Source of the DNA: an uncultured Gemmatimonadales bacterium
GTDB taxonomy: Bacteria > Gemmatimonadota > Gemmatimonadetes > Longimicrobiales > Gaopeijiaceae
NCBI GenBank assembly: GCA_963809895.1
Contig: CAWELD010000010.1
Coordinates: 544,001 to 608,000, forward strand
Direction of reading: 5' to 3'
Length of the DNA stretch: 64,000 nucleotides
Part shown: positions 30,245 to 38,498 of the stretch, piece after piece
Layout: the number at the start of each line of letters is the position of its first letter
Numbering within the stretch: the stretch's first letter is position 1
The notes under the pieces: model-generated
Seen by the model: the letters and a program-made list of their open reading frames with translations, nothing else
Databases searched by the model: none
Told to the model about the DNA's origin: nothing
Made by a program: the position numbers and the translations under genes

Positions 30245-31600
30245 TCAGCCGCCGGGGGGCGCGGCCGGCGGCGGCGTCATGTGGCACTGCCTCGGATTCG
30301 CGCCGGCCAGCGCCACCGTGGCGCTGTCGCCCTTGAGCCAGAAGAGGTCGTCGCCCTGCTGGTAGCGCGCGCCGTCGGCGGCCTCCACCTGTGGCATGAG
30401 GCGGCGGCGCCCGTTCAGCGTCAGCCAGGCGCCGGGGGGCGGGCCCTCGACGAAGAGGGCGGAACCCGTGGCGCCGTCGTCACAGGAGACGTCGAAGGGT
30501 CCGCGGAGCCCGAGGTCCGCCAGCTCCGGGTGACCCGCGTGCCACTCGGGGATGGGACCGGACGCGAGCTGACGCACCATGGCCACCGCCGCGTCGATCA
30601 CCGCGGTCATGTGGTCGAAGTCCACCCGGTCGACCTCGTCGGAAGGACGGTGGTAGTCGGTGTGCAGGTTGAACGACGACAGCGTGTGAGCGGGGATTCC
30701 CAGGCGGGCGAAGGCGATGTTGTCGCTCCGCCGGAAGAAGTTCTGGTCCGGGCGCGGATCGGGAATGATGGGGGATCCCTCTTCGGCCAGGATGTCGCCC
30801 ATGGTGGAGAGGCTGTAGCCGGTGAGCCATCCCCGTCCGGGGCCGCCGGCGAGCGAGTCGGGGCGTCCGATCATCTCCACTTCGAGGTCGGCCACCATGT
30901 CGCCCAGCGGGCGGACCGGGTGTTCGATGTACCAGCGGGTGCCCAGGAGTCCCATCTCCTCACCCGTGGACAGCACCACCACCACCGTGCGTGCCGGCGG
31001 CTCGCCCCGGGCCAGTGCCCGGGCCATCTCCAGCACCGCCACCGAGCCCGAGGCGTCGTCGTCGGCGCCGTTGTAGATGGAGTCACCGTTCACGGGCCGG
31101 CCGATGCCCAGGTGGTCGTAGTGGGCGGCGATCTGCACGACCTGGGACTGGAGCTCCGGGTCGGCGCCGGGAATCACGCCCACCACGTTCCACGCCATGG
31201 TGCGGTTCTCCGGGGGCACGGTGTCCAGGTCGACCGATGCGTCGGCCACCCGCCAGCCCGTGCGGCCGCGGAAGGTGGCCTGCACAAGCGGCACGTGCTG
31301 GATGAAGGCGCTGTCGCCGGCGGGCGTGACGCCGTAGCGCTGGAGCTCGCCGGCCAGGAAGTGGGCGGCCCGGTGGGCGCCGGGCGTGGCGGTACGCCGG
31401 CCCTCCATGGAGTCGGCGGCCAGAACGTCGAGCAGGTGCTCGACCCGTTGGCGCCGGGGCACGGTGTCGTCGGGTAGCGGTGCCGCCGCCGCCGCGCCGG
31501 GGCCACCGGCCATGGTGGCGTCCGCGTTGCCCTCGCCGCTGCACGCGCCAGCCGCCACCAACAGTCCGAGGCAGGCCAGTCGTCGAATGTTGCCCGTCAT
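30245..31600 (-). CDS. M28 metallopeptidase lipoprotein with a C-terminal MliC-like domain
   Basis: Lipobox AGAC; AHYDH, GADDDASG, GEE and DYH; tail ADGARY...FWLKG. Confidence 0.85.
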   Translation of the reverse strand: MTGNIRRLACLGLLVAAGACSGEGNADATMAGGPGAAAAAPLPDDTVPRRQRVEHLLDVLAADSMEGRRTATPGAHRAAHFLAGELQRYGVTPAGDSAFIQHVPLVQATFRGRTGWRVADASVDLDTVPPENRTMAWNVVGVIPGADPELQSQVVQIAAHYDHLGIGRPVNGDSIYNGADDDASGSVAVLEMARALARGEPPARTVVVVLSTGEEMGLLGTRWYIEHPVRPLGDMVADLEVEMIGRPDSLAGGPGRGWLTGYSLSTMGDILAEEGSPIIPDPRPDQNFFRRSDNIAFARLGIPAHTLSSFNLHTDYHRPSDEVDRVDFDHMTAVIDAAVAMVRQLASGPIPEWHAGHPELADLGLRGPFDVSCDDGATGSALFVEGPPPGAWLTLNGRRRLMPQVEAADGARYQQGDDLFWLKGDSATVALAGANPRQCHMTPPPAAPPGG

Positions 31601-31755
31601 GCGTCGCTCCCCCGCTTGCCGTCGTTTCACCGTCCCGTCCCCCCTCTACCTTCGAAGCGTGGAACTTCGGGTGCGTGGGTCGCCGACGCCAGACGGGGCG
31701 GTCCGCGGGCGTCGATAAGTGACGTCTGGAGGCCCTGATTTCGACGATTGGCCGA

Positions 31756-31871
31756 TTCGACTCGCTGAGCGAGTTGAAATCGACATGGCGCTGACTGGCG
31801 GAACGACGAGGGTACGAGTTCGACTCGCTGAGGGAGTTGAACCGACGATCCGTCAGTTCAACCCCCTCCAG
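31756..31871. repeat. REP-like palindromic 23-mers: two direct copies and one degenerate inverted half copy
   Basis: TTCGACTCGCTGAG(C/G)GAGTTGAA at 31756 and 31819; TTCAACCCCCTCCAG at 31857. Confidence 0.65.
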
Positions 31872-32182
31872 TGGAACGTTGTCGTCGCGCCGGGGCGGGG
31901 CCGCGCGTTGCCTGAGTCGTCGCCGCGCAGGGGCGGGCGCGCTGTACTGGTCATCGCCGTGCCGGGGTGGGCGCGCTACCCGATCGTCGCCCCGCCGGGG
32001 CCGCGTGTCACCTGTCGTCGCTCCGGCGACTACGCGGTCCGTCGCGGCCGCCCACGGCGGACGCTGGCGTGGGGCTGCAGATGATCGTTGCCCGGCCCGC
32101 CTGCCGGAACGTATGTTTCCGGTCCCTCCTCCGCCGGAGCCCGCCAGGCGCCGCGCGGATCGATCCCAGAGAGGAGCGACCC

Positions 32183-33049
32183 ATGAGCGCACGGGCCATC
32201 GCCTCGTCCACCATCTCGTTCGGCCTGGTCTCCATTCCGGTCAAGCTGTACTCGACGGGAGAGAGCGGCAGCCGCATCTCGTTCAACCTGGTGCACGAGG
32301 CCTGCGGGACCCGCCTCAAGCAGCAGTACATCTGTCCCAAGTGCGATGTCGTCGTGCCCCGCGAGGACATGGTGAAGGGATACGAGTTCGCCAAGGGCCA
32401 GTACGTGCTCTTCGACAACGAAGAGCTCAAGGCCATGGAGGCGACCAAGAAGGACAGCATCGAGATCACCGAGTTCGTGCCCGAGGACCAGGTGGAGCCG
32501 GTCTACATGGACAAGCCCTATTACCTGGGACCCGACAAGGGCGGCGCGCGCGCCTACCGCCTGCTGTCCATGGCGCTCAAGGACGAGAACCGGGTGGCCA
32601 TCGCCAAGTACGCGGCCCGTGGCCGCGAGTACCTGGTGATGATCCGCCCCCATGGCGAGGGTCTGGTCATGGATCAGCTCCGCTACGCCGACGAGGTACG
32701 CACCTTCGACGAGGTGCCCATCGACGAGGCCGAGGTGAAGGACGCCGAGCTGGCGCTGGCCCGGCAGCTCATCGAGCAGGCCGCATCGGACACCTTCGAT
32801 CCCGCGCAGTACGAGGACGACGTTCGCAAGCGCATGCTGGAGATGATCCAGGCCAAGGTGGAGGGCCAGGAGATCACCGTGGCGCCGCAGGAGGAGCCCG
32901 CCACGCAGATCATCGATCTCATGGCCGCTCTCAAGGCCTCGATCAAGGAGGGCGACGAGCGCAAGCCCGCGGCCAAGGCCGGCAAGAAGAAGCCGGCGTC
33001 GGGCGCCGCGAAGAAGGGCTCCTCGAAGAAGAAGGCGGCCGAGGGATGA
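32183..33049 (+). CDS. ku: NHEJ Ku protein
   Basis: ISFGLVSIPVKLY, VKGYE, PYYLGP and IIDLMAALKAS; Lys-rich tail; SD GAGGAG. Confidence 0.95.
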   Translation: MSARAIASSTISFGLVSIPVKLYSTGESGSRISFNLVHEACGTRLKQQYICPKCDVVVPREDMVKGYEFAKGQYVLFDNEELKAMEATKKDSIEITEFVPEDQVEPVYMDKPYYLGPDKGGARAYRLLSMALKDENRVAIAKYAARGREYLVMIRPHGEGLVMDQLRYADEVRTFDEVPIDEAEVKDAELALARQLIEQAASDTFDPAQYEDDVRKRMLEMIQAKVEGQEITVAPQEEPATQIIDLMAALKASIKEGDERKPAAKAGKKKPASGAAKKGSSKKKAAEG

Positions 33050-33630
33050 GGCACGCCGGCCCGCCGGGCGCGGCCCGCCCATCGACGCCCGCACCCCTGC
33101 TGCTGGCGGTGACCCTCCTCCTGGCGGCGCCGTTCATGGCGTCGCCGCTGACGGCCCAGGAGACCTTCGATCCCGAGGCGCGGCTGGCCGAGATGGGCGT
33201 GACGCTGCCCGAGCCGGGGCCCAGCCGGGCCGCGTACGACCGGGCCGTGCGCACGGGCGACCTGGTCTTTCTGGCCGGCCACGGCCCGTGCGGCGAATGG
33301 GACGGGCAGGGCCGGGGCAAGGTGCCCAGCGAAAGGAGCGTCGAGGAAGCCACGGCGGCGGCCCGTCAGGCGGCGATCTGCCTCCTGGGCTCCCTGAAGG
33401 CCGAGATCGGCGACCTGTCCAGGGTGCGGCGGATCGTCCGGGTCTTCGGCATGGTCAACGCCGATACGGACTTCACCGGCCACTCGCAGGTGATGAACGG
33501 CGCATCGGAGTTTCTGAACCAGGTGTTCGGCGAGCGCGGCCGCCACGTGCGGGCGGCGGTGGGCATGGGATCGCTCCCCGCCAACCTCACCGTGGAGATC
33601 GAAATGGTCGTGGAGGTGGAAGGAAGCTGA
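33046..33630 (+). CDS. RidA/YjgF-family protein with a signal peptide
   Basis: ATGA overlap with ku; GDLVFLAGHGP, MNGASE and GRHVRAAVG. Confidence 0.85.
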   Translation: MRHAGPPGAARPSTPAPLLLAVTLLLAAPFMASPLTAQETFDPEARLAEMGVTLPEPGPSRAAYDRAVRTGDLVFLAGHGPCGEWDGQGRGKVPSERSVEEATAAARQAAICLLGSLKAEIGDLSRVRRIVRVFGMVNADTDFTGHSQVMNGASEFLNQVFGERGRHVRAAVGMGSLPANLTVEIEMVVEVEGS

Positions 33631-34457
33631 CGGGATACACCACTCGCGAGGTGGCCCAGGTGGTGGGCCTGCCTCCCCGCCGCATCCGGGCCTTCGCCCG
33701 CGACGGCCTGCTGGACGCCGGTCGAGGGCCGGGTCGGCGCTACCATTTCAGCTTTCCCGACGTCATCCTGTTGCGCACGGCCAAGGAGCTCCACAAGCAG
33801 GGCGTGTCGGCGCGGCGAGTGCGCCAATCCCTCCGCAGACTGCGGGAGCAGCTCCCCTCGGGACGTCCATTGAGCGCGGTGCGCATCGTGGCGCGGGGGG
33901 ACGAGCTCCTGGTGCACGACCGGGACACCGTCTGGGAACCCGTCAGCGAGCAGGTGGCCTTCGACTTCGCGGTGGACGAGCTGGCGGCCCGCGTGGAGCC
34001 CTTCGCCCGGCGGGTGGCCCGGGAGCGAGAGGCCGCCGGCGAGATGGACGCCGACGACTGGTACGATCTGGGCTTCGACCTGGAGGCCGTTACCGCCGAC
34101 GAAGCCAAGCGTGCCTACCGGCAGGCCCTCGCCCTGCAGCCGGGACATCCGGAGGCGCTGGTCAACCTGGGGCGCCTGCTCCACGAGGAGGGCCAGCTGG
34201 CCGACGCGGAGGCGTACTATCGCCGTGCACTCGTCATGGAGCCGCGCCACGCCCTGGCGCGCTACAACCTGGGCGTGGCGCTGGAAGATTCAGGTCGGGC
34301 CGACGCGGCGTTGAAGGCGTACCGCGACGCGCTGGGTGCGGACCCCGGGCTGGCCGGGGCCCACTTCAACCTGGCGCGACTCTACGAGGCGCGGGGCGAC
34401 GTGCAGAACGCCGTCCGCCACCTGGCGGCCTACAAGAGGCTGCGCGATTCGGCCTGA
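33627..34457 (+). CDS. MerR-type HTH plus TPR repeat protein (probable CTG start)
   Basis: YTTREVAQVVGL...FSFPDVILLR HTH; TPRs ALVNLG, ARYNLG and AHFNLA. Confidence 0.8.
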   Translation: MTGYTTREVAQVVGLPPRRIRAFARDGLLDAGRGPGRRYHFSFPDVILLRTAKELHKQGVSARRVRQSLRRLREQLPSGRPLSAVRIVARGDELLVHDRDTVWEPVSEQVAFDFAVDELAARVEPFARRVAREREAAGEMDADDWYDLGFDLEAVTADEAKRAYRQALALQPGHPEALVNLGRLLHEEGQLADAEAYYRRALVMEPRHALARYNLGVALEDSGRADAALKAYRDALGADPGLAGAHFNLARLYEARGDVQNAVRHLAAYKRLRDSA

Positions 34458-34458
34458 A

Positions 34459-35409
34459 TCAGGACCCCCCCTCGCCCGCCTTCTCCAGCAGCGCGTCCAG
34501 CGCCTGGCGAGGATCGTCGAGCGAGCGGCCGTGGCGGCCCATGCCCTGCCAGGGGTCGTCGCGCTGACCCAGGCGGCGTTGGATGTTCTTCACCGTGTAT
34601 CGCCGTGGGCCCAGCTCGGGATCATCCAGCTCGTCCCACGCCAGCGGGGTGGCCACCGGCGCGCCCGGTCGGGGCCGCACCGCGTAGGGCGCTACTGAGG
34701 TCTGGGCGTACGCGTTGCGCAGCACGTCGAGGAACACGCGCTTGCCCCGTTTGTCCTTGCGTTGGGCCACGGTCAGGCGCTCGGGATGCCGCTCGGCCAG
34801 GAGCCGGGCCACGTCGCGTGCGAAGGCCCGCACGTCGTCGAACGACGGGCCCCGGCGGAGCGGCGCGTACACGTGGAGACCCCGGGAGCCCGACGTCATG
34901 ACGAAGGTGGCGAGCCCGACGTCGTCCAACACCGCCCGCACGTCGCGCGCGGCGGCCCGCACGTCGTCGAAGGTGGCCTCCCAGTCGTCTCCGGGGGGAT
35001 CCAGGTCGAAGATCATGCGGTCCGGCTCCCGCACCCGGTCCACGCGGCTCAACCACACGTGGGGCGTGATGCACGCCTGGTCGGCCAGGTACACGAGGGT
35101 GGCCGTGTCGTCGATGACGAGCTGGCGCAGGCTGCCCCCTTCCTTCTCCACCTGCTCCGTGTGGATCCAGCCCGGAAAATGATCCGGGACGTCCTTGTGA
35201 TAGAACCCGTCCTCGTCGATCCCCTCGGGGAAGCGGTGCATGGACACGAGCCGGCCCTGCACGTGGGGCAGCATCACCTCGGCCACACCCTGGTAATGGT
35301 CCACCAGATCGAGTTTGGTGATGCCCGCATCGGGAAAGAGCACCTTGTGGGGATTGGAGATCTCCAATGAGCGTCGTCCTACACGGCGCGTCAGCACGTC
35401 CTCGATCAC
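34459..35409 (-). CDS. Stand-alone LigD polymerase domain (AEP/Prim-Pol)
   Basis: NPHKVLFP, HRFPEG, FDLDP, TSGSRGLH and NAYAQTSVAPY. Confidence 0.9.
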   Translation of the reverse strand: MIEDVLTRRVGRRSLEISNPHKVLFPDAGITKLDLVDHYQGVAEVMLPHVQGRLVSMHRFPEGIDEDGFYHKDVPDHFPGWIHTEQVEKEGGSLRQLVIDDTATLVYLADQACITPHVWLSRVDRVREPDRMIFDLDPPGDDWEATFDDVRAAARDVRAVLDDVGLATFVMTSGSRGLHVYAPLRRGPSFDDVRAFARDVARLLAERHPERLTVAQRKDKRGKRVFLDVLRNAYAQTSVAPYAVRPRPGAPVATPLAWDELDDPELGPRRYTVKNIQRRLGQRDDPWQGMGRHGRSLDDPRQALDALLEKAGEGGS

Positions 35410-36026
35410 GACTCCCCCCCGTCTCCGTCCTCTTCTGCCCCTTCGCTCGCGACCTCCTCCACCGTCCGCCCAGAGATCACCGACTCGGGCTCGGTGCTCA
35501 CCGGGTTGCGGCGCGCGTCGGCCTCTTCGTCGTCCATCTTGACCAGGAGCCAGCGCTCGTCGTCACCCGTGGCGACCCGGGTCAGGGCGTACCCTCCCGG
35601 GACTTTCTGTCCCTCGAGCCAGAAGGTGGCGTGTCCGGATCTCAGCTGATCCGCCATGGGAACCGGGTCACCGTCGTCATCGGTCTTCAGGTTCCGGTAG
35701 GTGCCGTGGTCCCAGACGATGACGGCACCGCCCCCGTACTCGTCTTCGGGGATGACGCCCTCGAACCCGGCATAGTCCATGGGATGGTCCTCGGTGGGCA
35801 CCGCGAGTCGCTTGTCCCGTGGATCAGTGCTCGGTCCCTTGGGCACGGCCCAGGACTTGAGCACGCCGTCGACCTCCAGGCGGAAATCGAAGTGATGCGT
35901 GGAGGCCTGGTGTTCCTGGATGACGAACCGGGGATCCCCCGAGCCACGCTTCACGGGCTCCCCCTTCGGCTCCGGGGTGCGTCGGAAGTCTCGGCGGCTG
36001 CGGTAGCGATCCAGGGCATCGGACAT
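35406..36026 (-). CDS. Stand-alone LigD 3'-phosphoesterase (PE) domain
   Basis: RDFRRTPEP, HQASTHHFDFRLE, SWAVPKGP and EYGGG. Confidence 0.92.
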   Translation of the reverse strand: MSDALDRYRSRRDFRRTPEPKGEPVKRGSGDPRFVIQEHQASTHHFDFRLEVDGVLKSWAVPKGPSTDPRDKRLAVPTEDHPMDYAGFEGVIPEDEYGGGAVIVWDHGTYRNLKTDDDGDPVPMADQLRSGHATFWLEGQKVPGGYALTRVATGDDERWLLVKMDDEEADARRNPVSTEPESVISGRTVEEVASEGAEEDGDGGES

Positions 36027-36226
36027 CCTCCCTCCGGTGTCGGGCGACGAGTGTACCAGCGGTCGCTGCATCCTTCGAAGGATGCGAGTTCCATGCCGCA
36101 GACATCCCGCCCCCCGTCGGTAGCCGACTGGACGCCGGGAGCACGATGAGGTCGCCGCGTACGCGTGGCACGCGCGTTGCACGATATGAAGTGGATGCAG
36201 AGGTCGCATCCAGCAGGAGAAACGCC

Positions 36227-36334
36227 ATGAAATCCGACGCACGATTCGTCGACGCCCAGGGCCACCGCGTTCCGGCGCTGGGACTCGGCACCTGGCAGAT
36301 GGAAGGGGAACCCTGTGCGCAGGAGGCACCATGA
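36227..36334 (+). pseudogene. 35-codon N-terminal remnant of an aldo/keto reductase
   Basis: SD AGGAG plus ATG; VPALGLGTWQM signature; the stop overlaps the next ATG. Confidence 0.6.
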
Positions 36335-38382
36335 GGGACATGGCGAAGCAGCGCAGGCACATGGTTCGCACGCAGCTCGCCGCCCGGGGGATCGGCCACG
36401 ACCCGGTGCTCGAGGCCATGGAGGAGGTCCCCCGGGAGTCGTTCGTCGCTCCCGAGATGGTGGAGTTCGCGTATCACGACTCGGCGCTCCCCATCGACGA
36501 GAAGCAGACCATCTCGCAGCCCTACATCGTGGCGCTCATGGCCGAGGCGCTGGAGCTGGCTCCCGAGGATCGGGTGCTCGACGTGGGCACGGGCTCCGGA
36601 TACGCCGCCGCGGTGCTGAGCCGCATGGTGGAGCAGGTCTTCACCATCGAGCGGCATCGGTCGCTGGCCCAATCAGCACGGCGCCGCTTCGAAGCGCTGG
36701 GCTACGACAACATCCACGTGCGCGTAGGTGACGGTTCGCTGGGGTGGCCCGAGGAAGGTCCCTTCGACGCCATCCAGGTGGCTGCGGGCGGACCGCGGGT
36801 TCCCCAGGCGCTGGTGGACCAGTTGGCGCCCGGCGGACGGATGGTGATTCCCGTGGGCGAGGACCCGCGCCTGCAGAAGCTGCTGCGCATCCGGCGCACG
36901 CCTCAAGGGCTGCGGAAGGAGGATCTGGGCGACGTGCGCTTCGTACCGCTCCTGGGCGTGCAGGGTTGGACGCCGAGCGGTGAGCCGGCGTCGTCGAACG
37001 GACACGCGGGCCGGCCCGGTCCGGACGAGCAACGCGGTAGTCACGCGAGCGCCGGGTCGACCCGCAACGAGCCACCCGTCATCTCTCGCCGCGACCGTCT
37101 GCGTCGCGCCGCCGAGCCCTTCGACGGGATCTCCGAGGTCGACCTGGAACCGCTGCTGGAGCGCATCGGCGACGCGCGCGTGGTGCTCCTGGGCGAAGCC
37201 ACCCACGGCACCTCCGAATTCTACCGCATGCGCACCCGCATCACCCGGGAGCTGGTGGAGAAAAGGGGATTCCGCATCGTGGCGGTGGAGGCGGACTGGC
37301 CCGACGCGACGCGCGTGGATTCGCACGTGCGCGACCGGCCCATGGTGCCGCCCACGCGCACGCCCTTCACACGCTTCCCCACCTGGATGTGGGCCAACGA
37401 GGAGGTGGGCGAGCTGGTCGAGGTGCTGGCCGACTTCAACCAGGGCCGGGCCGAAGACGATCGCGCCGGGTTCTTCGGGCTGGATCTCTACAGCCTCCAC
37501 GCCTCGCTGGCGGTGGTGCTGGAATATCTGGACGAGGTGGACCCCGAGGCGGCGGCGGTGGCCCGACAGCGCTACGGATGCCTGACACCGTGGGAGTCGG
37601 ATCCGTCGAGCTACGGCCACGCGGTGCTCACGGGCGGCTACCGGAGCTGCGAGGACGAGGTGGTGCGCACGCTGAAGGATCTGCTCCAGAAGCGCCTGGA
37701 CTACGAGGAGCGCTCCGGTGCCGATCGCTTCTTCGACGCCTCGCTGAACGCCCGGCTCGTGGCCGACGCCGAGCTCTACTACCGCATCATGTACTTCGGC
37801 GGCCGCGCATCGTGGAATCTGCGCGATCAGCACATGTTCGACACCCTCGAGGCATTGCTCGATCATCACGGCCCCGACAGCCGCGCGGTGGTGTGGGAGC
37901 ACAATTCCCACATCGGCGATGCCCGGGCCACCGAGATGAGCGCCCGGGGCGAGCACAACGTCGGCCAGCTCTGCCGACAGCGGTTCGGCTCCGCTGCCTA
38001 CGCCGTGGGCTTCGGCACCCACACCGGGACCGTGGCCGCGGCCCACGACTGGGGCGACCCGGTGGAGATCATGAGCGTGCGGCCCTCGCATGCGCACAGC
38101 TACGAGCGCCTCTGCCATGATGCCGAGCTGGACCGCTTCCTGTTGCCGCTACGGGGCTCGGATCAGGAAGGCGTGCGCCGGGACCTGTTGCCGGAACGGC
38201 TCGAGCGGGCCATCGGCGTCATCTACCGGCCCCACACCGAGCTGCAGAGCCACTACTTCCACGCATCGCTGCCGCGGCAGTTCGACGAATACGTGTGGTT
38301 CGACCAGACCAGGGCGGTGACGCCTCTCGACGTCCGCACCCGCGAAGAGCGGACGCCCGAGACCTACCCGTTCGGGGTGTAG
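36331..38382 (+). CDS. pcm: Protein-L-isoaspartate O-methyltransferase fused to an erythromycin-esterase-family domain
   Basis: QTISQPY and DVGTGSGY (PIMT); GEATHGTSEFY, WNLRDQHM and WEHNSH (Ere-like). Confidence 0.9.
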   Translation: MRDMAKQRRHMVRTQLAARGIGHDPVLEAMEEVPRESFVAPEMVEFAYHDSALPIDEKQTISQPYIVALMAEALELAPEDRVLDVGTGSGYAAAVLSRMVEQVFTIERHRSLAQSARRRFEALGYDNIHVRVGDGSLGWPEEGPFDAIQVAAGGPRVPQALVDQLAPGGRMVIPVGEDPRLQKLLRIRRTPQGLRKEDLGDVRFVPLLGVQGWTPSGEPASSNGHAGRPGPDEQRGSHASAGSTRNEPPVISRRDRLRRAAEPFDGISEVDLEPLLERIGDARVVLLGEATHGTSEFYRMRTRITRELVEKRGFRIVAVEADWPDATRVDSHVRDRPMVPPTRTPFTRFPTWMWANEEVGELVEVLADFNQGRAEDDRAGFFGLDLYSLHASLAVVLEYLDEVDPEAAAVARQRYGCLTPWESDPSSYGHAVLTGGYRSCEDEVVRTLKDLLQKRLDYEERSGADRFFDASLNARLVADAELYYRIMYFGGRASWNLRDQHMFDTLEALLDHHGPDSRAVVWEHNSHIGDARATEMSARGEHNVGQLCRQRFGSAAYAVGFGTHTGTVAAAHDWGDPVEIMSVRPSHAHSYERLCHDAELDRFLLPLRGSDQEGVRRDLLPERLERAIGVIYRPHTELQSHYFHASLPRQFDEYVWFDQTRAVTPLDVRTREERTPETYPFGV

Positions 38383-38395
38383 AGGCCGTGGGCGC

Positions 38396-38486
38396 GTGAG
38401 GGCGGCGCCGACCGGCGCCGCCTCACCCTGCGCCCGGAATGGGCCGGAAGCGCCCCGGGGGGAGCGACGGGCTCCCCCCGGGGTTT
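38396..38486. terminator. Two GC-rich hairpins between convergent genes
   Basis: Inverted repeat at 38396-38426; perfect 13-bp stem CCCCGGGGGGAGC/GCTCCCCCCGGGG at 38453-38483, followed by TTT. Confidence 0.65.
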
Positions 38487-38498
38487 GCCGTCAGGGCG

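Noticed and set aside
31719..32084. 121-aa ORF upstream of ku
   Set aside because: It overlaps the palindromic repeats and has no motifs or clear SD.
37080..38382. Macrolide resistance gene, and beta-lactam resistance for 50070-51300
   Set aside because: Both are broad hydrolase families in non-resistance architectures; motifs alone do not support resistance.
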